A stretch of DNA of 64,000 bases from NCBI RefSeq assembly GCF_056712565.1, contig NZ_CM160072.1; one strand, 5' to 3'. This document shows positions 59,253-64,000 of the stretch, piece after piece. Under the pieces are notes generated by a model. That model was given only the letters and a program-made list of their open reading frames with translations. It was not told the origin of the DNA and did not search any database. Positions within the stretch are counted from its first letter, which is position 1; each line of letters begins with the position of its first letter. A program made the position numbers and the translations under genes.

Positions 59253-60197
59253 ATGAAGCTTAAGAACACCCTCCTGGCGTCGGCACTGCTTTCTGCTACG
59301 GCATTCTCCGTTAACGCAGCAACAGAACTGACACCGGAGCAAGCGGCAGCGGTTAAACCTTTTGACCGTGTAGTGGTTACCGGTCGTTTTAATGCTATTG
59401 GCGAAGCGGTGAAAGCCGTTTCTCGTCGCGCAGATAAAGAAGGTGCCGCCTCTTTTTATGTTGTCGACACTTCTGATTTTGGTAACAGCGGTAACTGGCG
59501 TGTGGTCGCTGACCTCTATAAAGCCGATGCTGAAAAAGCAGAAGAAACAAGTAATCGCGTAATTAACGGTGTTGTCGAACTGCCGAAAGATCAGGCTGTT
59601 CTGATTGAACCGTTTGACACGGTCACCGTCCAGGGCTTCTATCGTAGCCAGCCAGAAGTCAATGATGCCATCACCAAAGCAGCAAAAGCGAAAGGTGCCT
59701 ACTCTTTCTACATCGTTCGTCAAATCGATGCCAACCAGGGCGGCAACCAGCGTATTACTGCATTCATCTATAAAAAAGATGCTAAGAAACGTATCGTCCA
59801 GAGCCCGGATGTCATCCCGGCAGATTCCGAAGCAGGACGTGCAGCTCTGGCTGCCGGTGGCGAAGCTGCGAAGAAAGTTGAGATCCCGGGTGTTGCGACT
59901 ACCGCATCACCAAGTTCTGAAGTCGGTCGCTTCTTTGAAACCCAGTCATCAAAAGGCGGGCGTTACACCGTCACGCTCCCGGATGGCACTAAAGTCGAAG
60001 AACTGAACAAAGCGACCGCAGCGATGATGGTCCCGTTCGACAGCATCAAATTCTCTGGCAACTACGGCAACATGACCGAAGTCTCCTATCAGGTTGCGAA
60101 ACGTGCCGCGAAGAAAGGTGCTAAGTATTACCACATCACCCGCCAGTGGCAGGAACGTGGTAATAACCTGACCGTCAGCGCAGATCTGTATAAATAA
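59253..60197 (+). CDS. ydgH: Periplasmic DUF1471-repeat protein YdgH, 314 aa
   Basis: Signal peptide; three internal repeats. Confidence 0.85.
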   Translation: MKLKNTLLASALLSATAFSVNAATELTPEQAAAVKPFDRVVVTGRFNAIGEAVKAVSRRADKEGAASFYVVDTSDFGNSGNWRVVADLYKADAEKAEETSNRVINGVVELPKDQAVLIEPFDTVTVQGFYRSQPEVNDAITKAAKAKGAYSFYIVRQIDANQGGNQRITAFIYKKDAKKRIVQSPDVIPADSEAGRAALAAGGEAAKKVEIPGVATTASPSSEVGRFFETQSSKGGRYTVTLPDGTKVEELNKATAAMMVPFDSIKFSGNYGNMTEVSYQVAKRAAKKGAKYYHITRQWQERGNNLTVSADLYK

Positions 60198-60215
60198 CTA
60201 TTCAGTTACTCCTAT

Positions 60216-60246
60216 AAGGCGGCTTGATGCCGCCTTTCGCATTTTT
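60216..60246 (+). terminator. Rho-independent terminator of ydgH
   Basis: aaggcggc-ttgat-gccgcctt hairpin followed by a T-run. Confidence 0.65.
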
Positions 60247-60382
60247 AGTCACAAATTTCCCCGCGACCATTGCATGCAGACACATCTCTTCGTAAAATCC
60301 CGCGCTTCAGTGGCAAACTCCATTTTTATGCGTTTTGCCCTAATATTTATTCTTCTTATCACGTTTTAATCACTGGATATCG

Positions 60383-61765
60383 ATGGAAAAGAAACTGGGA
60401 CTGAGCGCACTCACCGCGCTGGTATTAAGCTCAATGCTGGGCGCGGGTGTTTTCAGTCTGCCGCAAAATATGGCGGCAGTTGCCAGCCCGGCAGCACTGC
60501 TCATCGGCTGGGGTATTACTGGCGCTGGCATTTTATTGCTGGCCTTTGCCATGCTGATCCTCACGCGCATTCGTCCCGAACTTGACGGCGGTATCTTTAC
60601 CTATGCCCGCGAAGGGTTTGGCGAGCTAATCGGCTTTTGTTCCGCATGGGGATACTGGCTGTGCGCAGTCATCGCCAACGTCTCCTATCTGGTGATCGTT
60701 TTTTCCGCGTTAAGCTTTTTTACGGACACGCCGGAATTGCGCCTGTTTGGCGATGGTAATACCTGGCAATCGATCGTCGGTGCATCGACTTTATTGTGGA
60801 TTGTTCACTTTTTGATCCTGCGCGGGGTGCAAACCGCTGCCAGCATTAACCTGGTGGCGACACTGGCAAAACTGTTGCCGCTGGGTCTGTTTGTTGTACT
60901 GGCGATGATGATGTTCAAACTGGATACCTTCAAGCTCGACTTCACCGGACTTGCACTTGGCGTACCCGTGTGGGAACAGGTGAAAAACACCATGCTGATC
61001 ACCCTGTGGGTTTTCATTGGTGTGGAAGGTGCCGTGGTTGTTTCTGCGCGTGCGCGTAATAAGCGTGATGTTGGCAAAGCGACACTGCTGGCGGTTCTCT
61101 CCGCTCTGGGCGTTTATTTGCTGGTAACGCTGCTTTCGCTGGGCGTGGTGGCACGTCCTGAACTGGCTGAAATTCGTAACCCGTCAATGGCCGGTCTGAT
61201 GGTGGAAATGATGGGACCGTGGGGCGAAATCATCATCGCTGCCGGTTTGATCGTTTCCGTTTGCGGCGCGTACTTAAGCTGGACCATCATGGCAGCAGAA
61301 GTTCCGTTCCTTGCAGCCACTCATAAAGCATTCCCGCGCATTTTTGCGCGCCAGAACGCACAAGCTGCGCCATCCGCTTCACTGTGGCTGACCAACATCT
61401 GCGTGCAAATTTGTCTGGTGCTCATCTGGCTGACCGGTTCCGATTACAACACATTGCTGACCATCGCCTCAGAAATGATTCTGGTGCCCTATTTCCTGGT
61501 CGGCGCGTTCTTGCTGAAAATCGCAACCCGTCCACTGCATAAGGCGGTAGGTGTCGGTGCCTGCATTTATGGCTTATGGTTACTGTACGCCTCTGGTCCA
61601 ATGCACTTGCTGTTATCCGTTGTTCTGTATGCGCCGGGGCTGCTGGTTTTCCTGTACGCGCGTAAAACGCATACACATGATAATGTACTGAACCGTCAGG
61701 AAATGGTGCTGATTGGCATGCTGTTAATTGCCTCAGTTCCGGCGACCTGGATGCTGGTGGGATAA
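60383..61765 (+). CDS. ydgI: Putative arginine/ornithine antiporter YdgI (ArcD family), 460 aa
   Basis: APC-superfamily transporter; full length. Confidence 0.85.
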   Translation: MEKKLGLSALTALVLSSMLGAGVFSLPQNMAAVASPAALLIGWGITGAGILLLAFAMLILTRIRPELDGGIFTYAREGFGELIGFCSAWGYWLCAVIANVSYLVIVFSALSFFTDTPELRLFGDGNTWQSIVGASTLLWIVHFLILRGVQTAASINLVATLAKLLPLGLFVVLAMMMFKLDTFKLDFTGLALGVPVWEQVKNTMLITLWVFIGVEGAVVVSARARNKRDVGKATLLAVLSALGVYLLVTLLSLGVVARPELAEIRNPSMAGLMVEMMGPWGEIIIAAGLIVSVCGAYLSWTIMAAEVPFLAATHKAFPRIFARQNAQAAPSASLWLTNICVQICLVLIWLTGSDYNTLLTIASEMILVPYFLVGAFLLKIATRPLHKAVGVGACIYGLWLLYASGPMHLLLSVVLYAPGLLVFLYARKTHTHDNVLNRQEMVLIGMLLIASVPATWMLVG

Positions 61766-61801
61766 CGTTCATCCCATCGTTGGATAGCAAAGGAGATAAC
61801 G

Positions 61802-62524
61802 ATGGGTAAAACCCAGTCCTTGCCAATATTAATTACTGGCGGAGGTCGCCGCATCGGCCTCGCCCTCGCATGGCATTTCATTAATCAAAAGCAACCGGTG
61901 ATTGTCAGCTATCGGACGCACTATCCCGCCATTGATGGACTGATTAAGGCAGGTGCGCAGTGTATTCAGGCTGATTTTTCGACCAACGACGGTGTGATGG
62001 CGTTTGCCGATGAAGTACTAAAAAGCACCCATGGTCTGCGTGCTATTTTGCATAACGCCAGCGCGTGGATGGCGGAAAAACCGGGAGCGCCACTGACCGA
62101 TGTACTGGCTTGCATGATGCAGATCCACGTTAATACCCCATACCTGCTCAACCATGCTCTGGAAAGATTACTGCGTGGGCACGGACACGCCGCCAGCGAT
62201 ATCATTCACTTTACCGATTATGTGGTGGAGCGCGGTAGCGACAAACATATTGCGTATGCTGCAAGCAAAGCGGCACTGGATAATATGACCCGCTCGTTTG
62301 CCCGCAAGCTGGCACCGGAAGTGAAAGTGAATTCTATTGCGCCATCGCTGATCCTGTTTAATGAACATGATGATGCTGAATATCGACAACAGGCGCTGAA
62401 TAAATCACTGATGAAAACAGCGCCTGGCGAGAAAGAAGTGATCGACCTGGTCGATTACTTACTTACCAGCTGCTTTGTCACCGGACGCAGTTTCCCTCTT
62501 GATGGCGGTCGTCATCTGCGTTAA
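61802..62524 (+). CDS. folM: Dihydromonapterin reductase FolM (SDR), 240 aa
   Basis: Rossmann TGGGRRIG motif; full length. Confidence 0.9.
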   Translation: MGKTQSLPILITGGGRRIGLALAWHFINQKQPVIVSYRTHYPAIDGLIKAGAQCIQADFSTNDGVMAFADEVLKSTHGLRAILHNASAWMAEKPGAPLTDVLACMMQIHVNTPYLLNHALERLLRGHGHAASDIIHFTDYVVERGSDKHIAYAASKAALDNMTRSFARKLAPEVKVNSIAPSLILFNEHDDAEYRQQALNKSLMKTAPGEKEVIDLVDYLLTSCFVTGRSFPLDGGRHLR

Positions 62525-62856
62525 TGCAGCTTTATCCAGCATATAATCAACACCCATGCGCTTATTCCCCAGCACGCAACAGAACCAACAAAAGCAGCGG
62601 GCAAGCGCATCATTCCGGTGAAATACCATAGCGCCGCCAGGTAAACAAAATAGGGAATAATCGGCCACATACTAAAAATGATGGTTGCGCGTAAGGCTTC
62701 AATGCCGCGTTCGCTGGCAACAATATAATGCGCGATAAGCGCAAAGGTCGGGAAAAGTGGAATCAGCCCGGCGATATAATAATTTTTCGTTTTTGCTAAA
62801 ACACCAATCAACAGCACTACCAGCGCACCGAGCGCGGCTTTGATTACCAGCCCCAT
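62521..62856 (-). CDS. ydgC: GlpM-family inner membrane protein YdgC, 111 aa
   Basis: Convergent with folM, 4-nt overlap. Confidence 0.85.
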   Translation of the reverse strand: MGLVIKAALGALVVLLIGVLAKTKNYYIAGLIPLFPTFALIAHYIVASERGIEALRATIIFSMWPIIPYFVYLAALWYFTGMMRLPAAFVGSVACWGISAWVLIICWIKLH

Positions 62857-62984
62857 CTTTTTACCTTAACACTTCCATAACAAGTCATCAGTAGAATACC
62901 TGATGAAACCTTGTTTAGAAACGATTGATAGTAAGTAAAAACAGTGCGGTGTATTGTGACGTTTTTATATCTACCGTGAATGTT

Positions 62985-63704
62985 ATGAACACTATCGTAT
63001 TTGTGGAAGATGATGCGGAAGTCGGTGCACTGATTGCCGCATACCTGGCAAAACATGATATGCAGGTTACCGTAGAGCCGCGCGGCGACCGGGCCGAAGA
63101 AACTATTCTGCGAGAAAATCCGGATTTGGTGTTACTCGACATCATGCTACCAGGCAAGGACGGCATGACCATTTGTCGTGATTTACGCGCAAAGTGGTCC
63201 GGACCGATTGTTCTTCTAACCTCTCTCGATAGCGATATGAACCACATCCTGGCACTGGAAATGGGCGCCTGCGACTATATTCTCAAAACGACGCCCCCTG
63301 CTGTTTTGCTAGCGCGTTTACGCTTGCATTTGCGTCAGAATGAGCAAGCCACAGTGACCAAAGGTATTCAGGAAACGTCTCTGACTCCCTACAAAGCCCT
63401 GCATTTCGGCACGTTGACCATCGATCCCATCAACCGCGTAGTCTCCCTGGCTAACACTGAAATCTCGCTCTCGACAGCTGATTTCGAATTATTGTGGGAA
63501 TTAGCTACCCATGCCGGGCAAATCATGGACCGCGATGCATTGCTGAAAAATTTACGCGGCGTCAGTTATGACGGACTGGATCGTAGCGTGGACGTGGCTA
63601 TTTCGCGGTTAAGAAAAAAACTGCTCGATAACGCCGCAGAACCTTATCGTATTAAAACCGTGCGTAACAAAGGCTATCTTTTTGCGCCTCATGCGTGGGA
63701 ATAA
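62985..63704 (+). CDS. rstA: OmpR-family response regulator RstA, 239 aa
   Basis: Start MNTIVFVEDDAEVG; ORF track over-extends 20 codons. Confidence 0.9.
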   Translation: MNTIVFVEDDAEVGALIAAYLAKHDMQVTVEPRGDRAEETILRENPDLVLLDIMLPGKDGMTICRDLRAKWSGPIVLLTSLDSDMNHILALEMGACDYILKTTPPAVLLARLRLHLRQNEQATVTKGIQETSLTPYKALHFGTLTIDPINRVVSLANTEISLSTADFELLWELATHAGQIMDRDALLKNLRGVSYDGLDRSVDVAISRLRKKLLDNAAEPYRIKTVRNKGYLFAPHAWE

Positions 63705-63707
63705 GCG

Positions 63708-64000
63708 ATGAAAAAACTGTTTATCCAGTTTTACCTGTTATTGTTTGTCTGCTTCCTTGTGATGTCTCTGCTGGTCGGGCTGGTGTACAAATTTACCGCC
63801 GAACGCGCAGGCAAACAGTCGCTGGATGATTTGATGAACAGTTCGCTGTATCTGATGCGCAGCGAATTGCGTGAGATCCCCCCACACGACTGGGGTAAGA
63901 CGCTGAAAGAGATGGATTTAAATCTCTCTTTCGATCTGCGTGTCGAGCCACTGAGTAAATACCATCTTGATGATATTTCCATGCACCGGCTGCGTGGCGG
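63708..64000 (+). CDS. rstB: Sensor histidine kinase RstB, 5' portion only (runs off the window end)
   Basis: ATG 3 nt after the rstA stop; N-terminal TM segment MKKLFIQFYLLLFVCFLVMSLLVGL. Confidence 0.9.
   Translation, partial: MKKLFIQFYLLLFVCFLVMSLLVGLVYKFTAERAGKQSLDDLMNSSLYLMRSELREIPPHDWGKTLKEMDLNLSFDLRVEPLSKYHLDDISMHRLRG

Noticed and set aside
59175-59723. 182-codon minus-strand ORF
   Set aside because: Antisense to ydgH, which has a signal peptide, repeats and a terminator; no independent start signals.

Overview
This window reads as an Escherichia coli chromosomal segment collinear with the K-12 region running from the yde (F9-type) fimbrial locus and hipBA through mar, dcp, rsp, ynfEFGH-dmsD, mlc, asr and pntAB to rstAB. 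All calls rest on reading the supplied ORF translations and the raw sequence against recalled E. coli protein sequences and gene order; no database search was run. About 65 protein-coding genes are recognisable, mostly conserved core genes, with starts corrected where the ORF track over-extends the N-terminus. Against the recalled K-12 order the window differs in several places: (1) a ~6.2 kb AT-rich cassette between marB and eamA carrying a cellobiose/lactose-family PTS (IIB, IIC, IIA), a LamB/ScrY-type porin, a GH1 6-phospho-beta-glucosidase and a divergent GntR regulator; (2) hipB abuts tam directly, so the lsr AI-2 uptake operon and yneO are absent; (3) yneK is absent between yneJ and ydeA; (4) ydeI and ydeJ are absent between dgcZ and dcp; (5) there is no Qin prophage, and ydfJ survives only as a 3' fragment beside rspB; (6) mlc carries a frameshift in a T-run that splits the 406-codon gene into a 332-codon N-terminal ORF and an out-of-frame, intact C-terminal segment; (7) the hipA-distal flank has an intact fimbrial subunit gene, an NAD(P)-binding protein gene and an 85-codon ORF. 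Regulatory sites visible in sequence include four HipB operators, marO, an RstA box upstream of asr, a PhoP-box direct repeat at the dgcZ 3' end consistent with mgrR, a palindrome upstream of mlc and several hairpin terminators. No tRNA, rRNA, CRISPR array, transposase or integrase was seen.
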